NCBI GenBank assembly: GCA_963692865.2
Contig: OY843592.1
Coordinates: forward strand, 1,024,001-1,088,000
From: a bacterium
GTDB taxonomy: Bacteria > UBA8248
Direction of reading: 5' to 3'
Length of the DNA: 64,000 nucleotides
Below the pieces are notes generated by a model. That model saw only the letters and a program-made list of their open reading frames with translations. It searched no databases and was not told the origin of the DNA. Shown here piece after piece: positions 36,180 through 46,379 of this stretch (the first letter of the stretch is position 1; each line of letters starts with the position of its first letter). Position numbers and translations under genes: made by a program.

Positions 36180-37598
36180 ATGAATATACCTTCTTCAGAG
36201 AATCCCGTTCCTGCCGAGGCGGGGACGGCAAGAGCCCAAAACGGCGGTACGAACGGCCAGAACCTGTTGTCCATCGACCCGCCTCGCTACAAGCCGATAG
36301 TGGTTCAGCAAATAGACAAAGTTCCCGAACTCCAGAGCCTGCCCGAAGACATCCGCTTCAGCATGAAGGTGGTGGGGCACGTGCTGCCCTTCCGCACGAA
36401 CCGCTACATGGTGGAGAATCTCATCGATTGGGACAACGTGCCCGAGGATCCATTGTTCCAACTCTCTTTTCCCCAGGAGGGGATGATCTCGAAAGAGGAT
36501 TTCGACTGCGTGGCGGACCTCCTGAGGCGGGACGCGCCCAAGGAGCAACTCAACGCCGCCATTCACGAGATCAGGGCCGGCCTGAACCCGCATCCCGCCG
36601 GGCAGCAGACGCTGAACGTGCCCACCCTCGACGACGAGCACCTGGAAGGAATGCAGCACAAATACCACGAGACGGTGCTCTTCTTCCCCGGCCAGGGACA
36701 GACGTGCCACGCCTACTGCACCTTCTGTTTCCGCTGGGCGCAGTTCGTGGGGGACAAGGAGCTTCGCTTCATCTCGACGGACGCGGACATGCTGCACAGG
36801 TATCTCGCCGAGCACAAGGAGGTTACGGACGTCCTCTTCACCGGCGGCGACCCGATGATCATGAAGACCAAGGCGCTAGAGGGCTATATGCTGCCCCTGC
36901 TCGACGATTCGCGCTTCGCGCACATCCGCGACATCCGCATCGGCTCGAAGGCGCTGACGTTCTGGCCGTATCGCTTCACCTCGGACGCCGATGCGGACGA
37001 TGCGCTTCGCCTTTTCGAGAAACTTGTGAAGGGCGGCAAGCACGTCGCCATCATGGCGCACTTCAACCACGAGCGTGAAGTTCAGACTCCGACGGCGCGC
37101 GAGGCGATCCGAAGGGTGCGGGATACGGGCGTCGTCATACGGACGCAGGCGCCGCTTCTCAGGCACATCAACGACGACGCGGACATGTGGGCGCGCATGT
37201 GGAAGGAGCAGGTGCGTCTGGGCCTGATACCCTATTACATGTTCGTGGAAAGGGACACGGGCGCCAAGCGCTACTTCGAACTGCCTCTGGTGGAAGCGCA
37301 CGCGATCTACCGGAGGGCGTACTCCCAGGTGTCCGGTCTGGCGCGCACCGCGCGGGGTCCCTCGATGAGCGCGGCGCCCGGCAAGGTGCAGGTCCTGGGG
37401 ATAGAAGAGATCCGCGGCGAGCGCATCATGGCGCTTCAGTTCCTCCAGGCGAGAAACCCCGAGTGGCTGGGCCGCGTCTTCTTCGCCGAGTATGACGAAA
37501 AAGCCACCTGGCTCACCGGCCTCAAGCCGGCCTTCGGGGAGGATAAGTTCTTCTACGAAGCGGATTTCGAGGCGATGAAGCAACGCCTGGCGAGTTAG
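36180..37598 (+). CDS. KamA-family (lysine 2,3-aminomutase-like) radical SAM protein
   Basis: QHKY, CHAYCTFCFR, FTGGDP, HFNH, PYYMF, GPSM..PGK. Start inferred at ATG 36180. Confidence 0.88.
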   Translation: MNIPSSENPVPAEAGTARAQNGGTNGQNLLSIDPPRYKPIVVQQIDKVPELQSLPEDIRFSMKVVGHVLPFRTNRYMVENLIDWDNVPEDPLFQLSFPQEGMISKEDFDCVADLLRRDAPKEQLNAAIHEIRAGLNPHPAGQQTLNVPTLDDEHLEGMQHKYHETVLFFPGQGQTCHAYCTFCFRWAQFVGDKELRFISTDADMLHRYLAEHKEVTDVLFTGGDPMIMKTKALEGYMLPLLDDSRFAHIRDIRIGSKALTFWPYRFTSDADADDALRLFEKLVKGGKHVAIMAHFNHEREVQTPTAREAIRRVRDTGVVIRTQAPLLRHINDDADMWARMWKEQVRLGLIPYYMFVERDTGAKRYFELPLVEAHAIYRRAYSQVSGLARTARGPSMSAAPGKVQVLGIEEIRGERIMALQFLQARNPEWLGRVFFAEYDEKATWLTGLKPAFGEDKFFYEADFEAMKQRLAS

Positions 37599-37626
37599 GG
37601 GTACGGATTCTCCGCGCTGCGTATGG

Positions 37627-38094
37627 TTATTTCTTCGCCATTCGCAGCACCTCGTCGAATTCCTTTCTGGTCACGGGCTGGACGCTCAGGCGCTGCCCGC
37701 GCTGGGTGACGCGCATCTGCGCGAGTTTCGGATTTTCCTTGAGTTCATTGAGCGAGACGGGACGGGGGAGTTTTTCCATCGCCTGCAGATCGACCATCTG
37801 CCAGCGCGGGGCGTCGGTGGGGGCCTTCGGGTCGTAGTATTTGGATTTCTTGTCGTATTGGGTGTGGTCGGGGTACGCCTCTTTCGCCACCCGGGCGGTT
37901 CCCGCCACGTGGGGCGGCTTTGCGTTCGAGTGATAAAAGAGAACGAAGTCGCCCGCCTTCATCTCCATCATGAAGTTTCTGGCCTGGTAGTTTCGGATGC
38001 CGTCCCAGCAGGCGGTCCGCTCGGGCTCCCCCATGAGGTCGTCGAACGAATATGCGTCCGGTTCGCTCTTCATGAGCCAGTATCTTCGGGCCAT
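37627..38094 (-). CDS. EVE domain protein
   Basis: YWLMKSEP, WDGIRNYQARN, FYHSN, RLSVQPV. Confidence 0.95.
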   Translation of the reverse strand: MARRYWLMKSEPDAYSFDDLMGEPERTACWDGIRNYQARNFMMEMKAGDFVLFYHSNAKPPHVAGTARVAKEAYPDHTQYDKKSKYYDPKAPTDAPRWQMVDLQAMEKLPRPVSLNELKENPKLAQMRVTQRGQRLSVQPVTRKEFDEVLRMAKK

Positions 38095-38190
38095 CGAAAT
38101 CGCATCTCCATGTGTCGGCGTGGATGAAACCTGGGTTCCGGGAAGACTACCACGTCGCGGCTGATGGTGAAATATGAGCGAGCGGCGCGC

Positions 38191-39135
38191 CTATGAAGGA
38201 GTCTTCACCTCGCCCGCGATTTGAAGGTCGGCGAGCTTCAGGGTGCGGGATATGAAATCGTTGCACGGCGTCTCGACGCCCACCTCCGCCCCGATGCGCG
38301 AGACCGTTCCGCACAAGGCGTCGATCTCGAGGCGCCTGCCCGCTTCGAGGTCGTGGCACAGGCTGCCCTTGCTGGCCGGGTTTTGCTCGTCGATGAAGCG
38401 GTAGCGCCCCTCGTCCGCGCCGTCGGGCAGGTTCACGCCCTTCGCCCGGCCCACCAGAAAGACCTCGCGCATCGTCTCGCGCATCATGTTCCGGGTGCCC
38501 TCGTACGCCATGATTTCGCCGATCGTAGAGCGCGTGAGCGCCGTCACCCCCCCGACCGCGCAGATGAAGATGAACTTCGTCCAAAGCTCCGCCTCGATGT
38601 CTTCGGAGTATTCGGCGTTGATTTCCGCGTCTTTCAGTTCAGCCAGTATCTCATCGCCGTGCCCGCTCGCGCCGCCTCCCATCTCGCCGAAAACCATTCG
38701 CCTCGGGCCGCCGATCTGCCGGATGAGGCCCGGCGCAGCAATAGAGGTGAATATGTAGGCGGCTCCGCCCATCACCCGCTCGGCGCCGTAGACGGCCGCC
38801 AGTTTTTCCTCGCCCTCCACGCCGTTTTGGAGGTTCACGATCACGGAGTCTGCGCCGACCATGGGCGCGACGGCGGGAACGGCGGCTTCGTTCGCGGTCG
38901 TTTTCACGCAGTAGAGGACGACGTCGCAAACGCCCGCCTCCGCGGGCGAATCCGTGAAGACTCCTTCGCGTACGGTGAACTCGCCGGGCGCGACGCTCTC
39001 CACGCGAAGTCCCTCTTTTCGCATGGCTTCCAGGTGCGCGCCGCGCGCGACGAAGGCGACTTCCTTGCCGCTCCTCGCCAGCATGGCGCCGAAGTAGCCG
39101 CCCACGCCTCCCGCCGCCATGATTCCGAAACGCAT
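38191..39135 (-). CDS. panE: 2-dehydropantoate 2-reductase
   Basis: AAGGVGGYFG, LQNG, WTKF, SLCHDL..GRRLE. Confidence 0.88.
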   Translation of the reverse strand: MRFGIMAAGGVGGYFGAMLARSGKEVAFVARGAHLEAMRKEGLRVESVAPGEFTVREGVFTDSPAEAGVCDVVLYCVKTTANEAAVPAVAPMVGADSVIVNLQNGVEGEEKLAAVYGAERVMGGAAYIFTSIAAPGLIRQIGGPRRMVFGEMGGGASGHGDEILAELKDAEINAEYSEDIEAELWTKFIFICAVGGVTALTRSTIGEIMAYEGTRNMMRETMREVFLVGRAKGVNLPDGADEGRYRFIDEQNPASKGSLCHDLEAGRRLEIDALCGTVSRIGAEVGVETPCNDFISRTLKLADLQIAGEVKTPS

Positions 39136-39177
39136 ATTCCATCCTTTCGCAAAAAAGGCCCGTCCGCCTCTCCGGAA

Positions 39178-39213
39178 GAAAAAAAGGAGGAAAGCCCGGG
39201 CTCTCCTCCTTTT
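39178..39213. terminator. Bidirectional terminator-like hairpin downstream of scpB
   Basis: AAAAAGGAGGA-AAGCCCGGGCTC-TCCTCCTTTT. Confidence 0.6.
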
Positions 39214-39240
39214 GGTTGTAACAGAATGTCGGGGGCTTCG

Positions 39241-40191
39241 TCAGGAGGCGGCCTCCAGTTTCTTCCCGACGTCTTCGGGCGCAACGGCTTTTTCCGTGGG
39301 GGCCTCCTCCGCATGACCGTTTGCGTGGCCGTTCGTATGCCCGTTCGAAGGCGGCGCCTCCGCCTCGGCGCCGAGCGCGACGATTTCTTCTTGACCTTCG
39401 GCCGGCGACAAGTCGGGTTTCTCGGTCGTCTCGAACTCCTCGGGCTTCGGCATGTCCGAGAGGCTCTTGAAGCCGAAGTGCTCCAGGAACAGCGGCGTGG
39501 TGCCGTAGACGATGGGCCGGCCCACGACGTCGCGCCGCCCGAGGATGCGGATGAGGCCGCGCTCGAGCAGGGTGTGCAGCACGCCGCCGCAATCCACCCG
39601 TCTGATCTCCTCGACCTCCGCTTTGGTGATGGGTTGCTTGTAGGCCAGGATGGCCAGGGTTTCGAGCGCCGCCTGGGACAGTTTGGTTTTTTTCTCCGTT
39701 TTGGAGAAGCGCTTCACCCAGGGGGAGAACTCGGCTCTCGTGCACAGGCGGAAACCCTCGGCCACTTCGATGATCTGCAGGGTTTTGTCCCGATACTCCT
39801 CGACCAGTTCGCCCAGGAGTTTTCGGACGACCTTGACGTTCACGTTGGACACGCCCTTGAACAGAAAAGAGATGTCCCGCGGCCTGAGCGGCTCGCTCGC
39901 GACGAAGAGAATGGACTCGACGATTCGTTTCGTCTCGGCCAGGTCCATGACGAGCGGCGCGTCTTTGTCGATTTCTCCGACGTCCTCGTCATCGGCCGTC
40001 TCGATGTGCTCTTGCGACTCGTCAATCTCGAAAGTCGTCTCTTCGCGAAGCTCTTCCATGGCCTCCATCTGGTGCGCGGCCAGAGCCTTGGCCGCGGCCT
40101 CCGGGGATGACGCCTCATCCTCGGCGAGTTCGAAGGGAACCTGCGTTTCCGCTTCCCTGGTCTTCCGGTTTTCCTGTTTGGAGTTATTCAT
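39241..40191 (-). CDS. scpB: SMC-Scp complex subunit ScpB
   Basis: ESILFVA, LSQAALETLAILAYKQPIT, GRPIVYGTT. Acidic extensions at both ends. Confidence 0.93.
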   Translation of the reverse strand: MNNSKQENRKTREAETQVPFELAEDEASSPEAAAKALAAHQMEAMEELREETTFEIDESQEHIETADDEDVGEIDKDAPLVMDLAETKRIVESILFVASEPLRPRDISFLFKGVSNVNVKVVRKLLGELVEEYRDKTLQIIEVAEGFRLCTRAEFSPWVKRFSKTEKKTKLSQAALETLAILAYKQPITKAEVEEIRRVDCGGVLHTLLERGLIRILGRRDVVGRPIVYGTTPLFLEHFGFKSLSDMPKPEEFETTEKPDLSPAEGQEEIVALGAEAEAPPSNGHTNGHANGHAEEAPTEKAVAPEDVGKKLEAAS

Positions 40192-41119
40192 CACGCACCG
40201 CCTTCGTAATACGGATTTCACCGAAATTGGACGCCTGTTGCGCCACGACGAGATTTCCCTTGATGAGTTCCAGGAGCGCCAGGAATATCGCCACCACTTC
40301 GAGCACGCGCTTCGTCTGGAACAACGAGTGGAAGAGCACTCCGCCCCCGCCTGCGTCCTCCAGGGTGTCCATGAGCATGGTTCTCATGTCGGCGACTTCG
40401 AGCTCGTCGATGTCCACGAGGTGAACGCCCTCTTCCCCGATGGATTCGATGAGGTGCTGCATGGCGCTGATGAGGTCGAACACCGTCACCTGCAGTTTGG
40501 GCGTTTCTTCTTCCTCGTCTTCTTCCAGGAGGAAGGGGTCGCCGCTCCGCGTATAGAGCCAGGATTGCTCTTCCTCGGCGTGGCGGAACGCCTGGCTGAT
40601 TTTCTTGAATTTCTGGTATTCGATGAGCTGGCGCTGGAGTTCCTGGCGCAGGATTTCGGGGTCTTCCTCTTCCGTGTCATCGTCGGTTCTGGGTAGAAGC
40701 GTCCTGCTCTTGACGTAGACGAGATACGAGGCCATGACGAGGTATTCCGACGCGAGGTTGATGTTCAGCTTTTTGAGCAGTTCCACGTACTTGAGGTATT
40801 GATCCGTGATGAACGCGACCGGAATGTCGTTGATGTCGAGTCTGTGCTCGCGCACCAGGTGGAGCAGCAGTTCGAGCGGCCCTTCGAAAACGTCGATTTT
40901 GACGTTGAACCGCTCGGGAGCATCCGCCGATCCGGAGACGGTCTCTTGAATCTCCGGGTAATCCGCCATGGGAGCGCGTTCGGAATCGAGGATTTCCCAA
41001 TTCTCCGGGTTTCCCGCGGACATGTCGCTGCCCCAAGGGAGATCGGTGGGCTCGATTGCCCCGGAAGGCGCAGACGCACCTTCGGAGTCTGGCGTGTTTT
41101 CTGGGGGATTCATCCTCAC
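40184..41119 (-). CDS. scpA: Segregation/condensation protein ScpA
   Basis: FEGPLELLLHL, KSRTLLP, FLALLEL. Start uncertain. Confidence 0.92.
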   Translation of the reverse strand: MRMNPPENTPDSEGASAPSGAIEPTDLPWGSDMSAGNPENWEILDSERAPMADYPEIQETVSGSADAPERFNVKIDVFEGPLELLLHLVREHRLDINDIPVAFITDQYLKYVELLKKLNINLASEYLVMASYLVYVKSRTLLPRTDDDTEEEDPEILRQELQRQLIEYQKFKKISQAFRHAEEEQSWLYTRSGDPFLLEEDEEEETPKLQVTVFDLISAMQHLIESIGEEGVHLVDIDELEVADMRTMLMDTLEDAGGGGVLFHSLFQTKRVLEVVAIFLALLELIKGNLVVAQQASNFGEIRITKAVRDE

Positions 41120-41209
41120 CCCGGATGGGCGGAACGGGAGGGGCGTATCGCGGACGATTCGGCGAGCCCGTATATGGAAAGGCCCTTCATCGCCCTGGAA
41201 TTACTCTCA

Positions 41210-41238
41210 AGCCTAGGAAATACGGGTGTTTTTGTCAA
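41210..41238 (-). promoter_or_regulatory. Putative sigma70 promoter of scpAB
   Basis: Minus strand TTGACA-17 nt-TAGGCT. Confidence 0.55.
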
Positions 41239-41375
41239 ATGGAAAAAATCGGGCTTATCCGCAAGGATTCAAACTCTTATGTGGACGTTTCCATGCGAGC
41301 CTCCTCGCCCGCCTTGAGGGGCGCGCGCCTCTGGGGGATAATCGCGGGGGCGCTCATCTCTGCGAGGAGGAATTG

Positions 41376-42218
41376 ATGGCGGGCAAAATCATGTCCCTCA
41401 CCCAAGCGGCGGCCCTCGTGCAGGATGGCGATTTACTCGCCCTGGGCGGAAATGCGCTTACGAGAATCCCCGCCGCCTTCGTCCGCGAACTCGCCCGCGA
41501 GGGGCGGAAGAATTTAAGTCTGGTGAAAACGGCGGGGGCCTACGACGTCGATCTGCTCTGCGCGGCGGGGGCAGTGGCGCAGACGCAGACGGGCTACGTG
41601 GGTTTCGAGAACCTCTTCGGCCTGGCGCCTTCCTACCGCCGCGGCGTGGAGGAAGGCCGCGTGCAGGCGGTCGAGCACGCCTGCTCCACGGTCATCGCGG
41701 GTCTAAGAGCCTCTGCGTATGGCCTGCCCAGCCAGCCCGTGGCGGGTCTGGAGGGCAGCGACGTGGTTGGGCTTACGGGTTTCCGGCAGGTGAATGACCC
41801 CTACACGGGCGAGCCGGTCTTCATGGTTCCCAGGATCAGGCCCCGGTTCGCCGTTCTCCACGCAACGTATGCGGACGCGGAGGGAAACGCGCGGATAGAC
41901 GGCGGCGCGTTCGAGGACGTGCTGATGTCACGGGCGGCCGAGTCGGTGATTCTCACGGCGGAGCGCATCGAGGAGACCTCGTTTTTCGTCGAGAAACCGG
42001 ACAGAACGGCGGTTCCCGCCTTCATGGTGCAGGCGGTGGTTCACGCGCCGGGGGGCGCGCGGCCCGGAGGGTGTCATCCCTTCTACGACATCGACGAGGA
42101 CGCGGTGGGCGCGTATCTCGATTCAGCGATCAGCGCGGGATCCCTGCGATCTCATCTGGATTCCTGGGAGGAGCGCGATCATGCGGGCAGCGCGGCGGTC
42201 TCCGGGGGCGTCGCATGA
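41376..42218 (+). CDS. CoA-transferase subunit A (GctA-like)
   Basis: LVQDGD..ALGG, GLRASAYGLP, ADAEGN. RBS GAGGAGG. Confidence 0.85.
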   Translation: MAGKIMSLTQAAALVQDGDLLALGGNALTRIPAAFVRELAREGRKNLSLVKTAGAYDVDLLCAAGAVAQTQTGYVGFENLFGLAPSYRRGVEEGRVQAVEHACSTVIAGLRASAYGLPSQPVAGLEGSDVVGLTGFRQVNDPYTGEPVFMVPRIRPRFAVLHATYADAEGNARIDGGAFEDVLMSRAAESVILTAERIEETSFFVEKPDRTAVPAFMVQAVVHAPGGARPGGCHPFYDIDEDAVGAYLDSAISAGSLRSHLDSWEERDHAGSAAVSGGVA

Positions 42219-42967
42219 GCGTCGCCTTGCGAGAAGGCGCGTCCGAGGAGGTGCGCGCCGCCGCGGACAGGATGGCGGTTTTTCTCTCGAGATTCATTCG
42301 TGACGGCGAACTCGTGTTCCACGGCGTGGCCTCCCCGCTGCCGATGGCGGCGGTCGTCATGGCGCGGAATACCCATGCGCCGAACCTGACTTACCTGAAC
42401 ATACCGGGCGGCGTGGATCCAAAGCCCCCTTATCTTCCCGGCTCTACGGTGGCGCGGCAGCTCATGGAGGGCGCGCTTTCGTATTTCACCCTCACGGAAA
42501 TTTTCGATCTCTCCGCCCGGGGCAAGCTCGACCTGGCGTTTCTGGGCGGCGCGCAAATCGACGCAAGAGGCGAGGTGAACCTCTCCTTCATCGGGGATCC
42601 GGCTGCGCCCAAGGTGCGCCTTCCGGGCGGCGCGGGCAGCGCGCACATCCTGCCCACGGCGAAGCGCACGGTGCTCTGGAGAACGGTTCACGATGCGAGG
42701 AGCTTTCCCGAGCGATGCGACTTCGTGACGGCTTCGGGCAGCGTGGAGGCGGTGGTGACCCCCATGTGCGTTTTCGAAAAGGCGGAAGGCCGCCTGCGGG
42801 TCAAGTCGATTCACGAGGACGTGACGCCTGACGCCCTGCGCGCGGCCACGGGGTTCGACCTGGGCGATCTGGAACATACTCCCGTCACGCCCGAACCCAC
42901 CCCCGCCGAGCGCGCCGCACTCGAAGCCGCAGACCCCGAAGGCGTCCGCCTGCGCGAATTCATCTGA
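42215..42967 (+). CDS. CoA-transferase subunit B (GctB-like)
   Basis: FLGGAQID..G.VN, RLPGGAGS, ATGFDL. ATGA overlap. Confidence 0.85.
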   Translation: MSVALREGASEEVRAAADRMAVFLSRFIRDGELVFHGVASPLPMAAVVMARNTHAPNLTYLNIPGGVDPKPPYLPGSTVARQLMEGALSYFTLTEIFDLSARGKLDLAFLGGAQIDARGEVNLSFIGDPAAPKVRLPGGAGSAHILPTAKRTVLWRTVHDARSFPERCDFVTASGSVEAVVTPMCVFEKAEGRLRVKSIHEDVTPDALRAATGFDLGDLEHTPVTPEPTPAERAALEAADPEGVRLREFI

Positions 42968-42983
42968 AGCGGAAGCTCTTTTA

Positions 42984-43919
42984 ATGCCGCAGAAAAAATT
43001 CGACGCCGTGGGAATCGGCCTGAACTCGGCCGATCAGTTCTGCGTGGTGCGTGAATATCCGCAGGCCAATACCAAGAGCGGCGTCCTGGAGACGGCGCGC
43101 GCGGGCGGCGGGCAGGCGGCGACGGCCATGGCGGCGCTCGCGCGTCTGGGTATGCGCGCGGCCTACATCGGCGCGGTGGGCGATGACGAGCCGGGCGCGT
43201 TTTCCCTTGCGAGTCTGGAAGCCGAAGGCGTGAACGTGGAAGGCGTCGTTACGCAGGAAGGACGCGCGAGCCAGTTCGCCCTCATCATCGTGCAGCGCGA
43301 AGGCGAGGGGGAGGAGAAGGGTTCGCGGACGATCCTGTGGCGGCGCGAGGTATCCCTGGCTCCCGAAGACGTGCGCGGGGATATAGTGCGCGCGGGCCGC
43401 TCCCTCCACCTCGATGGCCACCACGTCGAGGCGGAAATCCGGGCCGCCAGATGGGCGCGTGAGGAGGGCGCGCCCGTCTTCCTGGACGCCGAGCGCGCGC
43501 CCGAGAGAATCGAGGATCTCATCGGCTTAACGGATTACCTGATTGCGGCGGAGGATTTTCCCGCACTGCTCACGGGCGTTTCCGGTCACCACGAAGCCTT
43601 GCGCCGGCTTCATGCGATGGGACCCAAGGTGGCGGGCGTCACTCTGGGAGCGCGCGGCGCGCTCGCATACGACGGTGCGCGGTTTTACGAATCACCGGGC
43701 TTTCATGTGGATGTTCTCGACACGACGGGAGCGGGGGATGCGTTTCATGGCGGGTTCCTCTACGGCGTATTGCGCAAGATGGGCCTTGAGGATACGTTGC
43801 GCTTCGCAAACGCGGTCGCCGCGATGAACTGCGCCGCCCTCGGGGGAAGGGCCGCGCTTCCCCGCCTGAGCGAGGTGGAAGCCTTTTTGCGGACGCATCG
43901 AGCAGGAAAAAATCCATGA
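42984..43919 (+). CDS. PfkB-family carbohydrate kinase (sulfofructose-kinase-like)
   Basis: GGGQAATA, GAVGDD, VLDTTGAGDAFHGG. Confidence 0.88.
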   Translation: MPQKKFDAVGIGLNSADQFCVVREYPQANTKSGVLETARAGGGQAATAMAALARLGMRAAYIGAVGDDEPGAFSLASLEAEGVNVEGVVTQEGRASQFALIIVQREGEGEEKGSRTILWRREVSLAPEDVRGDIVRAGRSLHLDGHHVEAEIRAARWAREEGAPVFLDAERAPERIEDLIGLTDYLIAAEDFPALLTGVSGHHEALRRLHAMGPKVAGVTLGARGALAYDGARFYESPGFHVDVLDTTGAGDAFHGGFLYGVLRKMGLEDTLRFANAVAAMNCAALGGRAALPRLSEVEAFLRTHRAGKNP

Positions 43920-45145
43920 AGCGCGTATTCGAAAAATCCCGCGCCGTTCTCACAGCGGTTTGTCTCTCCGTGATTTTGAGCGGTTGCGATCTGCTCCCCG
44001 AACTCGGCCCGCCGAAAGAATCCGTCTCCGGCGTTATCCGGATGAGCGCGAAGCTGCCCGTAAAGGCGTGGCGCACGCGCACGCTTTTCATCATCGTGGA
44101 ACGCGAGGACGGCGGGCCGCCGCTGGCCGTGCAGCGCCTGGTGGAAACGCGGTTTCCCTACCGATACGTGATCACGAAAGACGACGTGATGATGCGCGGG
44201 CAGAAGTTCGCGGGCCGCGTCCGCGTGCGCGCCCGCCTCGATGCGGACGGCGTTCCGGGGCCGCTCGTAAAAGGCGATTTCGAGGGCAGGGCGGCAGGCC
44301 CGGTTTCCGTGGGCGCGAAGAACGTGGACGTGGTGATCGACCGGATCGGAACCGCGCCTCCGCCGAAGATGGCGAAAAAATCTCCCCCAAAACCTGTACC
44401 GTCTCCTGAGGCAAAGCCATCGCCCGGGAGCGGCAGGACGATTCGCGGCGTGGTGCGCGTGGCCGCCAATCTCAAGGATAAGGCGAAGGGCAAGGCGGCG
44501 ATTTTCATCATCGCGCGCGGGAAACAGCCCGGGCCGCCGCTTGCGGTCATGCGCATCCTGAACCCGGTCTTCCCGCTCGATTTCACCATGAGCGAGCGAA
44601 ACGTGATGCTCCAGGGGGCGGCGTTCGCAGGCGAGGTCAGCCTCGTCGCCAAACTCGACGGGGACGGAAAGGTCGGGACGCAGCCGGGGGATATTTTCGG
44701 CGGCGCGCGCGGGCCGGTGCGGGTGGGCGCTGGAGACGTCGAGATCGTTCTTTCACAAGAAGCGAAGGGCGCAGCCGCGCAAAAGCCCGCGCCGACGCAA
44801 GGTGCTGAAGAGGTTATCTCGGGTGTCATCGAGGTCGCCCCCGCCTTGCGGGCGAAGGCCGAAGGCAAGCCCGTCTTGTTCCTTATCGCCCGCAAGGGCG
44901 GCGGAGGCCCCCCGCTGGCGGTCGTGCGCGTGGCGAATCCGAGGTTCCCGCTGGCGTTCGAGATATCGAGGCGGAACGTGATGATTCCCGGCGTTCCTTT
45001 CGAGGGCATGGTTACGCTCTCGGCGCGCCTCGACGCGGACGGCGCGGCGGGACCCGCGGGCGCAGGCGATCTGGAAGGCCGCACGGCTCAACCGGTAAGA
45101 GTAGGGCGGAAGAACGTGCGCATCGTGATCGACAAGGCGTTTTGA
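43916..45145 (+). CDS. Lipoprotein with three tandem CcmI/CycH C-terminal-like Ig domains
   Basis: Lipobox ILSGC. Three repeats of about 108 aa (LFIIAR..GPPLAV..FP..M..A.LD.DG..GD.EG) with Pro/Lys linkers. Confidence 0.7.
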   Translation: MKRVFEKSRAVLTAVCLSVILSGCDLLPELGPPKESVSGVIRMSAKLPVKAWRTRTLFIIVEREDGGPPLAVQRLVETRFPYRYVITKDDVMMRGQKFAGRVRVRARLDADGVPGPLVKGDFEGRAAGPVSVGAKNVDVVIDRIGTAPPPKMAKKSPPKPVPSPEAKPSPGSGRTIRGVVRVAANLKDKAKGKAAIFIIARGKQPGPPLAVMRILNPVFPLDFTMSERNVMLQGAAFAGEVSLVAKLDGDGKVGTQPGDIFGGARGPVRVGAGDVEIVLSQEAKGAAAQKPAPTQGAEEVISGVIEVAPALRAKAEGKPVLFLIARKGGGGPPLAVVRVANPRFPLAFEISRRNVMIPGVPFEGMVTLSARLDADGAAGPAGAGDLEGRTAQPVRVGRKNVRIVIDKAF

Positions 45146-45276
45146 CACCGCGAGGCCGCCCGCTCTGGCGCGGCGGCGGCAAAGTGTGCATAATCGCCCC
45201 TCGAAAAATTCCGAGAATCTATTTCTGCGCGAAATTAGATTTTTCCTCATTCACGTATCGATAAGGAGAAGTCCCG

Positions 45277-46293
45277 GTGATCATCGACCCCCATGCCCAC
45301 ATCGCTCCCGAGAGTTTCATCGAAGACGTACGCCAGGGCCGCTTCGGCGACGCCGTCACCATCGAAGCGGGCGACCCGTGGGAGCAACTCGTCACGAAAA
45401 ACACCGTCCTCGGCGAGGAGCGGATTCACAAGAACCCGCTGCCGAAGGAAACCTATGACGTCGAGATGCGCCTGAGCGACATGGCGAACAACCAGAACGT
45501 GGACATTCAGATACTCTCCGTCGTTCCGCCGATGACGCACTACGCGCTCGACGCAGGGCTGAACAGGGAACTCTCCGCATCGCTGAACGACGCGCTCACC
45601 GCGCTCGCGAAAGAACATCCCGAGCGCTTCCTGTGCATGGCGCAGATCCCGCTCCAGGACCCCGAAGCCGCGGCGGCAGAACTCGACCGCGCGGTGAAAA
45701 ACGGCCACCTGGGCTGTCAGATCGGATCGAACGTGGCGGGCAAGAACCTCGACGACCCCGCGCTCGACGCCGTCTGGGCGAAGGCGTGCGAGCACGACGT
45801 GCCGATCTTCATTCACCCGGTGGACGTCATGGGCGTGAACGACAGGCTCAAGGACTATTACCTGAGAAACTTCATCGGCAACCCGCTCGACACGACGATT
45901 TCCATCGCCTGTCTCATCTTCGGCGGCGTGTTCGACCGCTTCCCGGACATCAAGTTCCTGGTCTCGCACGTGGGCGGTTTCACGCCCTGGATCCGGGGCC
46001 GCTGGCAGCACGGCTACGGCGAGCGCAGGGAACCCAAGGTGCACGGCGCGAAGGACCCCGAGCAGTATTTCGGCAAGATTTACTACGACACCATCATCCA
46101 CAACGCGGATTCGTTCGAGTTCGCCGTGAAGACGCTCGGCGTGGACAGGATTCTCTACGGCACGGACTATCCCTTCGACATGGGCTATCTGGCCGGGGCG
46201 AAGGATATCCCCGGGCTTTCGCGCTTCTCCGACGAGGAGCAGGAACAGATGCTCTACGGGAACGTGAAGAAGCTCTACAAGCTGGACGTGTAG
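45277..46293 (+). CDS. Amidohydrolase 2 (ACMSD-like decarboxylase/hydratase)
   Basis: IDPHAH, IFIHP, SHVGG, YYDT, YGTDYPF. Confidence 0.88.
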   Translation: MIIDPHAHIAPESFIEDVRQGRFGDAVTIEAGDPWEQLVTKNTVLGEERIHKNPLPKETYDVEMRLSDMANNQNVDIQILSVVPPMTHYALDAGLNRELSASLNDALTALAKEHPERFLCMAQIPLQDPEAAAAELDRAVKNGHLGCQIGSNVAGKNLDDPALDAVWAKACEHDVPIFIHPVDVMGVNDRLKDYYLRNFIGNPLDTTISIACLIFGGVFDRFPDIKFLVSHVGGFTPWIRGRWQHGYGERREPKVHGAKDPEQYFGKIYYDTIIHNADSFEFAVKTLGVDRILYGTDYPFDMGYLAGAKDIPGLSRFSDEEQEQMLYGNVKKLYKLDV

Positions 46294-46379
46294 AACCTAC
46301 GGCGTCGAAAGAGACCCGGAGAACATGCGGAGAGGGTCCCCGGGAGGGCCTCTTCCCTTCATAAGAGATAGAGAAGAAG

